Shown: positions 37,203-45,382 of the stretch, piece after piece | Layout of the letters: each line of letters starts with the position of its first letter | Position numbering within the stretch: position 1 is the stretch's first letter | From: an uncultured bacterium | GTDB lineage: Bacteria; Patescibacteriota; Patescibacteriia; UBA9570; XYC2-FULL-38-9 | Assembly: GCA_937996685.1 (NCBI GenBank) | Contig: CALKUP010000006.1 | Span: 64,001 to 128,000, forward strand | DNA length: 64,000 nt | Direction: 5' to 3' | Position numbers and translations under genes: made by a program | Notes under the pieces: model-generated | Told to the model about the DNA's origin: nothing | Database searches by the model: none | The model's input: the letters and a program-made list of their open reading frames with translations, nothing else

Positions 37203-37327
37203 GCTGTCTCCTTCCTGCGTATGCAGCAAACGCCCATCTCGTGGGCGTTATCTCTGTTTTTTCAATTTTCAATTCAGTCGTGTGCAATGGGATCTCCATT
37301 GCGCTTTCCACACTGAACGATGTGCCA

Positions 37328-37420
37328 ACCTTACACCATTTTTTTCTTAAAAGTCAACAATAAATGTGCGTAACTTTTTTACAAAATATCATTGACCTTT
37401 TTCTTATTTCCGCGTAGGCT
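37328..37420. promoter_or_regulatory. Divergent promoters for guaB1 (-) and the HAM1 gene (+)
   Basis: Minus strand TTGACT-N18-TAAGGT (37357-37328); plus strand TTGACC-N17-TAGGCT (37392-37420). Confidence 0.55.
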
Positions 37421-37460
37421 GACCGCGCACATTTCACAACCTTTCGACTGGAGAACGCGC

Positions 37461-38141
37461 ATGCACAACGCACTGTCTGCATATACCGCTGTCGTCGCAA
37501 CCGGTAACGGCGGCAAGTCAGAAGAAGTTTTGCGGATTCTCGCACGACTCGGGATTCGCGCCGTGACACTCGAGAGCCTCGGGTTCGCTGTCCTCGACGT
37601 CGAGGAGACCCAGACAACCTACACCGGTAACGCGCGCCTCAAGGCGAACGCGCATTTCGACCAGCACAGCCGAGACATCACCGAGAAACTCGGCAAAGAG
37701 ACCTGGTTCTTGGTCTGCGAAGACTTCGGGCTCGCAGTGGATGCGCTGCTCTGTCTTGCAACAACAGAGCAGGGGTACACCGGCTTCCCTGGCCTCTACA
37801 CCCGGAGGTTTCACCCCGGAACCGACGCTGATCGGGCACGAAAAGTCCTTTATCTACTGAAGCAACGCTGGGCTGCCGTTCGGACTGCAAAATTCTTCTG
37901 CGGCGTGGCACTCCGCGGCCCTGGAATCGACCTAGCTGAGCTCCGGCTCTGCAACGGACAGATCACCATCGAGCCGCGAGGAGATCAGTCAAGCTTTCCG
38001 CTTGACCAAATCTTCATTCCGAGCCTGGACCGCGAGGCACGCACCTTCGGGGAAATGCGCCCGGAAGCGAAGGATCGGATCAGTGCTCGTGGCCTGGCTG
38101 TTCGGGCCGTGGTCGAAGAGCTGTTGAAGAAATTGGCGTAA
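37461..38141 (+). CDS. Non-canonical purine NTP pyrophosphatase, RdgB/HAM1 family, divergent and GC-rich
   Basis: ATGNGGK, VEET..TY..NARLKA, EDFGL.VDAL, PGLYTRR, D.IF, TFGEM, K..ISAR; SD GGAG. Confidence 0.85.
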   Translation: MHNALSAYTAVVATGNGGKSEEVLRILARLGIRAVTLESLGFAVLDVEETQTTYTGNARLKANAHFDQHSRDITEKLGKETWFLVCEDFGLAVDALLCLATTEQGYTGFPGLYTRRFHPGTDADRARKVLYLLKQRWAAVRTAKFFCGVALRGPGIDLAELRLCNGQITIEPRGDQSSFPLDQIFIPSLDREARTFGEMRPEAKDRISARGLAVRAVVEELLKKLA

Positions 38142-38178
38142 ACGAAAAAGAGTAGACACACTACTCCTTCCTCGTTCC

Positions 38179-38222
38179 GCGGTCATCCAAGACTCAACAT
38201 CTTGGCGGCCGCATATTTTTTT
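38179..38222 (+). terminator. Terminator after the HAM1 gene
   Basis: GCGGTC..CCAAGA-loop-TCTTGG.GGCCGC followed by a T tract. Confidence 0.6.
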
Positions 38223-39435
38223 ATTGAAACACCGAACCTTTTGCGATAACGCCGTTTCCGACACGTTCAACCAACACACTCGACAACGACGTGACTGACC
38301 CCTGTGAACCAAAGCCACTATTTGTCATATTCACCACAACTGGATCACCAGACTCTGTAAAATCAACAACCACGTATAACGTGTCATCTGCAAAGAATAA
38401 AATATCACCTGAACGATAGCCACTCGTCAAAAGCGCGTCCCCTTCTGTCAGGCCGCTGGTGTGTGCAAACCACTGCTTGATATTTGCCGGACGATACGCA
38501 AAATCTTCTGCCCCGCTATCTCCTTGGTATCCATCCGGATGTTGCAGTGCATCACGATGAATCTCTTGATCGAGAAAAATCCCAAAACCACGAAACAAAC
38601 GCCACGGCATGTCATGATTTGAAATGAATCCCATTTTTTGCATAATTCTGAGCGGCACTCCTTCTGTAACATCATAATAGACACCAGTCACTGCATTCCC
38701 AGCAGTCCGTAATTCAATTGTATTATCAATCCCATCACCGTCACTATCGCCATCAATGCGATTTCGCTTGCCGTCTCCGTCCATATCTTCGTCAAGATAA
38801 TTCACAATGCCATCACTATCCACATCACCATATTGCAACATAGCAGGACCTCGATACGCATGTGCTTGTATCTGCAACAACACACCTGCCCCAATCACAA
38901 ACAATGCAACGACAACGGAAGTCAGCATGCGGTGATAATATGTGTTCACAAATTCTCGCACCAAAAAAATCAAAAACCAACTAATAAAAAATCCTTCGAT
39001 CAAAAAATTGATCAGCAATAATCGATCATTCACAAACAAGATACCGAGATCAGTCAAGCCAAAATATCGCTCATTGAGCGGGTACAAAATCCGTACATTT
39101 GACGCGATCATGTCCGTACACAGATGTGTGAATACACCGATTACAAACGTTGTCACAGCCGCAAACCATAACGGGCGCTTGAGAAAATAACACCCAAACG
39201 CGAGTACAGCCCATGCAACAATGTAGATTGGAAAGGTATGCGTGATGAGTGAGCGATGCGACACAGAGCCATCAATAAAATAGACATACAAAAAATCAAT
39301 GTCCGGAAATATTCCGCCGATAAAACCCGCGATGAGCAGCAAACGTAATTGCGAGCGACGAAAATTGAATACGCCAAACAGTCGCCAGGTTGAACGACTT
39401 GCGAGTGCGCCGAGGGGTCCATGTGCAAAAATCAT
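38221..39435 (-). CDS. Membrane metal-dependent hydrolase (YdjM-like) fused to DxDxDG repeats and a DUF1287-like domain
   Basis: AHG, PDID, HRSLITHT, HLCTD; DVDSDG/DMDGDG/DSDGDG; WR.F..FG..L, R..N...F, SGDILFF. Confidence 0.7.
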   Translation of the reverse strand: MIFAHGPLGALASRSTWRLFGVFNFRRSQLRLLLIAGFIGGIFPDIDFLYVYFIDGSVSHRSLITHTFPIYIVAWAVLAFGCYFLKRPLWFAAVTTFVIGVFTHLCTDMIASNVRILYPLNERYFGLTDLGILFVNDRLLLINFLIEGFFISWFLIFLVREFVNTYYHRMLTSVVVALFVIGAGVLLQIQAHAYRGPAMLQYGDVDSDGIVNYLDEDMDGDGKRNRIDGDSDGDGIDNTIELRTAGNAVTGVYYDVTEGVPLRIMQKMGFISNHDMPWRLFRGFGIFLDQEIHRDALQHPDGYQGDSGAEDFAYRPANIKQWFAHTSGLTEGDALLTSGYRSGDILFFADDTLYVVVDFTESGDPVVVNMTNSGFGSQGSVTSLSSVLVERVGNGVIAKGSVFQ

Positions 39436-39453
39436 AGTCTTATATATAACACA

Positions 39454-40830
39454 TTACTTGTGAGGGTGAAACGTATGACGAAATCGATAATAGAAGGCTG
39501 TGCCAAAAATAATGAAAATACCGATTGTTTCCGGCTTGAATAACCACACTGTCCAATTCTTATCAGCAACAAGCAGGATATAGATATTTGTTAAAAACAG
39601 AGCAATCATTCCGATAAAAAACGGCGCGTGCTCAGACACCCACAGATGCTTCCATGTTTTCAGGCGATTCCAGCGCACTGTTGCAAGTATCGGACTTGAA
39701 AGCTGTGATACTGACCAGACAAAAAACGGGAGAAAAAATAAATGAAACTGCCGATGCGATGCCGCAGCAAATAACAATAAAAAACTCATCGCAATTGTGT
39801 AATCTAGCACCCAATACGCATGAGTCTTGAGAATTTGGCCGGTCCACCATTCGCGTACATACAACCCGCCGATAACCGCTGCACACAACAAACCAATTGC
39901 CTGCACGCTCACTTTCAAGATGCGGTAGATATCCCACTCTCCTTGCTTGGTAACGCGCTTTCCAAGAAAGGTTTCACGACCTTCTAGGCCGGCGTGATAT
40001 GACGCCTGCAACGTTGTTCCGTCTTGAATGCGCCCAAGGTCGCCAGAGACTGCCGCACCGTGCACACCGAGCGCATATTGTACAACTTGTTTCGGCGGAT
40101 AGATCACACAACTCACTAACACAATACAGAGCACCGCTACACTGAGCGATCCAAGCATCTGCCATTGTTTGCGCAACAACAAGACTGGTACAAATCCAAT
40201 TGAAAAATATTTTATCACTGCAACAATGCCGAGTAGTGCACCACCAAGCAGTGAAAGGGAGCGAGCCACTTTTGGAGCCATCTGTTTGCTCAGCGGAATC
40301 CCAGCAATCACAATCCCGAGCAATAAAAAGCCGTTGACTTGCCCGGTTTGAATCAGTTTGCGAACCGGCTCGCCAAATGCAAGCACAGCAAAAAGCAATG
40401 TATACCGCAGCTGAAATGGATCAGCCGACGCCCAATATCGAACAGACAAATAATATGACGCAATCACAGACAACACACTTGCATACATCCAGAGCTTCCA
40501 AGCATGCTGATATGAAAATAGCGCGAGCGGCGAAAATAACCATGCTGATGATAGAGAATAAATATATTTCGTTCCACCACTTTGTCGACGCACTGACGCG
40601 ATCGCTTCTTTATATACAGGACGATTAAAAATATCTTGCGGTGACAAATTCATCTGATGCGTCACTGTTGCCGCTGTCACATAAAACACAGCAAAATCCG
40701 TTCGACCATATCCTTGACGTCGAAATCGATCAGCCGAATAGATGCAAAAATACCAGACAAATGTTACACACACAATTGCGGCAATGACATATTTCCAGCG
40801 GGTTTGTAAAACAGAAGAAAGAGACGACAT
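39454..40830 (-). CDS. GT-C glycosyltransferase, family 87 (DUF2029)-like
   Basis: DFAVFY..A, YIY....WLF.PLA, GQVN, IK motif; multiple TM. Confidence 0.75.
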   Translation of the reverse strand: MSSLSSVLQTRWKYVIAAIVCVTFVWYFCIYSADRFRRQGYGRTDFAVFYVTAATVTHQMNLSPQDIFNRPVYKEAIASVRRQSGGTKYIYSLSSAWLFSPLALFSYQHAWKLWMYASVLSVIASYYLSVRYWASADPFQLRYTLLFAVLAFGEPVRKLIQTGQVNGFLLLGIVIAGIPLSKQMAPKVARSLSLLGGALLGIVAVIKYFSIGFVPVLLLRKQWQMLGSLSVAVLCIVLVSCVIYPPKQVVQYALGVHGAAVSGDLGRIQDGTTLQASYHAGLEGRETFLGKRVTKQGEWDIYRILKVSVQAIGLLCAAVIGGLYVREWWTGQILKTHAYWVLDYTIAMSFLLLFAAASHRQFHLFFLPFFVWSVSQLSSPILATVRWNRLKTWKHLWVSEHAPFFIGMIALFLTNIYILLVADKNWTVWLFKPETIGIFIIFGTAFYYRFRHTFHPHK

Positions 40831-40839
40831 GGAATAAAA

Positions 40840-41406
40840 TTATGCTTGCGGAAGCTGCATTAAATTTTGCAATTCACTGACTTGTGTCTGCACCGCTGTG
40901 TCATCAAGTTGTTGCATTGCGGCCTGCAATACATCGGTGATTTTTTGGAACTGCGGATCGGCTTGCTGGCGTGGGATAATATGAATTTCCAAATGGTCAG
41001 CTACTTGCACTTCTGGTGTGCCATCGCTCATCACCAATGTAAAACCAGGCGCGTTGGTTTGTCGCATAGCAATAAATGACACCTTTTTAATAAGGTATCC
41101 AAATTCTTCTAATTGATCGAGATCAAAACTATAGAAATGTGGGTCGTGATTTTTCGGAACAATGACAACATGACCGTGCGTTGCTGGCGTGCGACTCACA
41201 AGCACACGAAACAGTTTTGTTTCATAAAATTGTGCAAGCGGCGCAGTAGCTGCGGAAGCACAATATTCACAAGGAGTCGAAACAGGCGCTGTCGGAATCG
41301 CTGAATCTGCAGCAACAACTGGAGCTGGGGCACTTTGTGGCTGCGTCGGCGCAGAAGGTTGCACGGCAGCGTCTGTGTTTGGGACAAATGTCGGTGTATC
41401 AGGCAT
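40840..41406 (-). CDS. HIT-family protein with degenerate triad
   Basis: CxxC, PATHGHVVIVPKNH, HLEIHIIPR; Pro/Ala-rich N-terminal extension. Confidence 0.8.
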   Translation of the reverse strand: MPDTPTFVPNTDAAVQPSAPTQPQSAPAPVVAADSAIPTAPVSTPCEYCASAATAPLAQFYETKLFRVLVSRTPATHGHVVIVPKNHDPHFYSFDLDQLEEFGYLIKKVSFIAMRQTNAPGFTLVMSDGTPEVQVADHLEIHIIPRQQADPQFQKITDVLQAAMQQLDDTAVQTQVSELQNLMQLPQA

Positions 41407-41420
41407 ACGAATAGTATACC

Positions 41421-41451
41421 AAAAAAAAATAGGTCTTCAAAGACCTATTTT
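41421..41451 (-). terminator. rpmG terminator
   Basis: ATAGGTCT-TTGA-AGACCTAT followed by a T run; overlaps the rpmG stop. Confidence 0.8.
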
Positions 41452-41603
41452 CTTTCCTTATGGTTGGTGTGTTGTTTGCAACGTTTGCAGAACTTGTTTT
41501 TTTCGAGACGGATACCACGGAATTTTTTTACGTTCTTGTTTTCGTGGTAGTTGATCTCGTCGCAAGTAGTGCACGCGAGTTTGATGAGATTATCTTGTGA
41601 CAT
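41445..41603 (-). CDS. rpmG: 50S ribosomal protein L33 (zinc-ribbon form)
   Basis: Manual translation MSQDNLIKLACTTCDEINYHENKNVKKFRGIRLEKNKFCKRCKQHTNHKERK (below the ORF-track cutoff). Confidence 0.95.
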   Translation of the reverse strand: MSQDNLIKLACTTCDEINYHENKNVKKFRGIRLEKNKFCKRCKQHTNHKERK

Positions 41604-41637
41604 ATAGTTAAACTTATAACAGCTCGATATTATCCGG

Positions 41638-41710
41638 AGCCACTTGTCGGGCTCGAACCGACGACCTACGGTTTACAAAACCGTTGCTCTACCAGCTGAG
41701 CTAAAGTGGC
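41638..41710 (-). tRNA. trnT: tRNA-Thr (TGT)
   Basis: GCCACTTTAGCTCAGCTGGTAGAGCAACGGTTTTGTAAACCGTAGGTCGTCGGTTCGAGCCCGACAAGTGGCT. Confidence 0.97.
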
Positions 41711-41746
41711 GGAGACTCCGTTGTGTTTTCTGGAAAAAACACTGTG

Positions 41747-41828
41747 TGGGCCGGGAGGGACTCGAACCCCCGAAGGCGTAGCCATCTGGTCTACAGCCAG
41801 ACCCATTTGACCGCTTTGGTACCGACCC
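41747..41828 (-). tRNA. trnY: tRNA-Tyr (GTA)
   Basis: GGGTCGGTACCAAAGCGGTCAAATGGGTCTGGCTGTAGACCAGATGGCTACGCCTTCGGGGGTTCGAGTCCCTCCCGGCCCA; long variable arm. Confidence 0.96.
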
Positions 41829-41876
41829 AGAACTTGTAAAATAGCTGTATGAGCATACAATATTTCAGAAAATGCG

Positions 41877-42965
41877 TCAACTCGCTTGCTCCATGCGGTT
41901 TTTTAAAGCCTCTTTTGCCTTCTCTGCCTGCATGTTTTTGACAACTAATTGACCGCACGCCGCTTCAATATCCAGTCCTTTTGAGTACCGAATCGTTGTT
42001 GTGATTCCGCCGGCTTCACAAATCCGCGCAAACTCCTCGATGTGTTCATGTGTACTACGTTCGAGATGCTTCCCTGTTGCGTTCCACGGAATTAAATTCA
42101 ATTTCACCGAGTCGTGGATCTTTGCGAACACTTTCACAAGAGCACGCGCCTCAGAATGCATATCGTTAACACCATTCAACATCACATACTCAACCGTAAC
42201 ATGATGTCGTCGGTTGCCGTATGTATCAAGATATCGTTCCATCCAGTCAACAATTTTTGCAATTGTCCATGCACGATGTGATGGCACAATCTGCGACCGG
42301 GTTTCGTCTGTCCCTGCGTGCAATGAAAACGCAATACGCACATGCGGAAATGAGTCGTCTTTCAATAACCGATTCAAGATCACCGGAACCCCAACAGTCG
42401 ACACTGTGATACGCGTCGCGCCAATTCCCAGCTCATCAATCAAGATGCGCACCACTTCTTTCACCACTTCATAATTTGCAAGCGGCTCTCCCATGCCCAT
42501 AAACACGATGTTTGAAATCTCCTCTTCCGGGCGCGCAAATTTCCAAAAACGCACTTGGTCAACAATTTCATCAACACTTAAATTCCGGATCATTCCCATG
42601 GTTCCTGTTGCACAAAATGTACACGCCATTGCACAACCAACTTGCGAACTCACACAAATCGTGCGCTTCCCACGAGCGTTCGGCATGAATACACTTTCAA
42701 TTTTTTGACCGTCCTGTAGCGTCATGAGTGACTTTTGCGTGCCGTCGCGTGGTGAAGTTGCAATTTCAGAGCCAACCAAAGAAAGCCACGGGAACGCACC
42801 TTTTAACTCTTGTCGCAACTCTTTTGAAATCGTCGAAACAACATCCCATGATTCAGCATCGTACCAGGCTGTTGCAATTTGTGTGTATCGATATTCTGGC
42901 TCTTTTCTTTCAACAAGAAACGCGCGAATACGCTCAAGGGTTGAACTCGTATCTACTGTATTCAT
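41877..42965 (-). CDS. rlmN: 23S rRNA (adenine-C2) methyltransferase RlmN
   Basis: CVSSQVGCAMACTFCATG, MGMGEPL, SLHA, VND, NLIPWN, AACGQL. Confidence 0.95.
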   Translation of the reverse strand: MNTVDTSSTLERIRAFLVERKEPEYRYTQIATAWYDAESWDVVSTISKELRQELKGAFPWLSLVGSEIATSPRDGTQKSLMTLQDGQKIESVFMPNARGKRTICVSSQVGCAMACTFCATGTMGMIRNLSVDEIVDQVRFWKFARPEEEISNIVFMGMGEPLANYEVVKEVVRILIDELGIGATRITVSTVGVPVILNRLLKDDSFPHVRIAFSLHAGTDETRSQIVPSHRAWTIAKIVDWMERYLDTYGNRRHHVTVEYVMLNGVNDMHSEARALVKVFAKIHDSVKLNLIPWNATGKHLERSTHEHIEEFARICEAGGITTTIRYSKGLDIEAACGQLVVKNMQAEKAKEALKNRMEQAS

Positions 42966-43003
42966 GCGTCGATTTGTATCAATATACCGCTGAAAAGTCA
43001 ACG

Positions 43004-45283
43004 TTATTTTTTAATCTTTAGAGTCTTCACAGTTGAAGTGCTCTTTGAAAATTCTTCTTTATCAGCAACACCTGGTTTCCACACCGCTTTTAATTGCACC
43101 TTCTTTGAAGCCTTTAATGTCATTGTTGCCACACCACGATTATTCGTTTTGGCAACTTTTATTTTTACCCATTTTGATCCTTTCTTTTGATAGAAGGTGA
43201 TATTTTTTTTCTTGAGTAAACGAGCCGTTGATTTGTCCTTGACTGTTGCAGTGACTTTTAATTTCGTGCCCTTTTTAACAGACGATTTACTGAGCTTCAT
43301 TGAAACAGAAGCTTTTGCTTTTAGATTATATAAGCCACGAGTATTACCTGAAATCAAACCATCAAACAACAATGCGTTGAAATTTTCATTTTTCAGACCA
43401 GTGTAATACAGTCCAAAACTAACGCCATTATTTGTCGATTTATAAATAACTCCAGCATTCGATAATTTATTCACTCCACCAATATAGACATTTGTCACAC
43501 TTCCTGCATCCTGCAAGCCAATGGATCGAATTTTTGTCACATCAGCAATGCCACTCGTAATTTTTGTCCACGTCGCACCACTGTCAGTAGAGCGATAGAA
43601 ACCACTTGTTGTGTCACCTGCAGCGCCGTACGTATTAAAGTCTGCTGCTGCGGCATATAGAATCGCCGAGTTATTTGGATCAATCGCAAGAGCGGTAATT
43701 TCTTCTGCTGGAGATCCTGTCAACTTACTCCATGAACCACCTGTATATACATAGACACCTGTTTCACTCGTTGCGTTGATGCTGACATTTCCATTTCCTG
43801 CATAGAGTGTTCCGTCTGCCATCGCTGCAACACTTTGCACTGACTCATCACTTGGAAACGACAATGTTGACCAGGTCGCGCCTCCGTCAGTTGATGTGTA
43901 CACACCGCCGCTCATGGCAGCTGTTTGATTTTGATAACTTGCCGCAGCAAAGAGCACATCTGGATTTCCTGGCTTGTGAACAATTTGCAACGCCGCATAA
44001 CTCGAATTCCAACCAGTTGCTGTTGACCAGGTTGCACCACCATCATTCGAATAGATGACACTACTTTGACCACCGACAACAACATGACTTGCATTATCTG
44101 GATCAATCCACACAGTGTATGCGCCTGCTTCATATTGAATTGGGAATGTCCAATCTGGCGACGAAGTCAAAAAGTTTGTTGTCCGCGCAAGGCCTGCGTT
44201 TGTCGCAACCCACACCGTGTTTTTATCAGTCGATTGCGCAATGCCCTTCACTGTCACAGCAGTAATGCCTTCATTTGTATCTGACCATGTCACACCACGA
44301 TCGGTTGATTTTGCAAACGCAGCAAATGAACCACCGTAGATTGTATTCACGTCGTCCGGATCAGCTGTGACATATCCACTCACTCGACTAATTGGTGTTG
44401 TCTGTTGAATCTGTGACCACGTTGCTCCGTTATCATCTGAGTAATCAACACCTAAATAGATGCGACCGTTAGTATCAAAATCAACATGCGTTGCATATGG
44501 AGTTACCGGAAGCTCAGACCAACTTGTTCCACCGTTTGTTGTCATCCACGGACCAACATCAGCAGTACTTGAAATCAGAATCACCTGATTTGCGTCCGCA
44601 GGATTCACGCCCACGGTTGAGAACGTTGTTGTTACAGAACTCGTATCAATGAGAGTCCAACTCGCTCCAAAATCAATGGTCTTATACAATTGCGTCGTCG
44701 TGTTGTTTGTTGTACTCGCATACGCAGTTCCAGTAGTTGAGGTGGGCGCAATACTTTGAACCACTGACCCATCTCCAACCGCTGTTGCCGTTGTAAAAGA
44801 TATTCCACCATTTCGACTCACACTCACCTGACCATCGGTTCGTCCAATGTAGATTGCGTCATCTGCAGCAATTGCAATCGATCCGCCGTATCCAGCCGGA
44901 AAACTGGAAAGCAGTGTCCAATTTGCTCCACGGTCAGTACTTTTTAATAATCCTTCTCCCAGCACAGCATATACATTTCCCGCGCTATCAATTTCAACAC
45001 CGCGCGGTTCACCGTAATCAGTGCCTGCAGGAAGCCCGCGCCAAGTCGCGCCATTGTTCCCAGAAATATAGACACCGTTTGGTGAATAGGTTGTGATATA
45101 GATCGAATCTGAATTTGTATCAACAGCAATATCACGCACCTCACCACCATACAATCCAAGATTGGTTGCAGTTGCACGGGATTGTGAAATTGTTTCCGCA
45201 TAAACAGCTTGCGTACTGATGAACGCAGCCATTGCAAAAAGCGCAAAACTCACTCGTCGTATGAATAGAGATACAGTTTTCAT
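43004..45283 (-). CDS. Secreted BNR/Asp-box beta-propeller protein with Lys-rich C-terminal Ig-like domain
   Basis: Signal peptide; many S.D.G.TW repeats; last ~105 aa strongly basic. Confidence 0.85.
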   Translation of the reverse strand: MKTVSLFIRRVSFALFAMAAFISTQAVYAETISQSRATATNLGLYGGEVRDIAVDTNSDSIYITTYSPNGVYISGNNGATWRGLPAGTDYGEPRGVEIDSAGNVYAVLGEGLLKSTDRGANWTLLSSFPAGYGGSIAIAADDAIYIGRTDGQVSVSRNGGISFTTATAVGDGSVVQSIAPTSTTGTAYASTTNNTTTQLYKTIDFGASWTLIDTSSVTTTFSTVGVNPADANQVILISSTADVGPWMTTNGGTSWSELPVTPYATHVDFDTNGRIYLGVDYSDDNGATWSQIQQTTPISRVSGYVTADPDDVNTIYGGSFAAFAKSTDRGVTWSDTNEGITAVTVKGIAQSTDKNTVWVATNAGLARTTNFLTSSPDWTFPIQYEAGAYTVWIDPDNASHVVVGGQSSVIYSNDGGATWSTATGWNSSYAALQIVHKPGNPDVLFAAASYQNQTAAMSGGVYTSTDGGATWSTLSFPSDESVQSVAAMADGTLYAGNGNVSINATSETGVYVYTGGSWSKLTGSPAEEITALAIDPNNSAILYAAAADFNTYGAAGDTTSGFYRSTDSGATWTKITSGIADVTKIRSIGLQDAGSVTNVYIGGVNKLSNAGVIYKSTNNGVSFGLYYTGLKNENFNALLFDGLISGNTRGLYNLKAKASVSMKLSKSSVKKGTKLKVTATVKDKSTARLLKKKNITFYQKKGSKWVKIKVAKTNNRGVATMTLKASKKVQLKAVWKPGVADKEEFSKSTSTVKTLKIKK

Positions 45284-45382
45284 AATACTGATTTTTTTAT
45301 TACTTTTAATTACAAAAAGTATATCACTTCTGTTTGTTGTCCGCTATTGATTTTTTTTAACAACTACGGCACACTGGCGCCT

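Noticed and set aside
35739-37316. Long plus-strand ORFs (227 and 288 aa) antisense to guaB1, and similar ones over the GC-rich GT4
   Set aside because: Expected shadow ORFs of GC-rich coding DNA, with no motifs
41666-41860. 64-aa ORF
   Set aside because: Lies over tRNA-Tyr and tRNA-Thr
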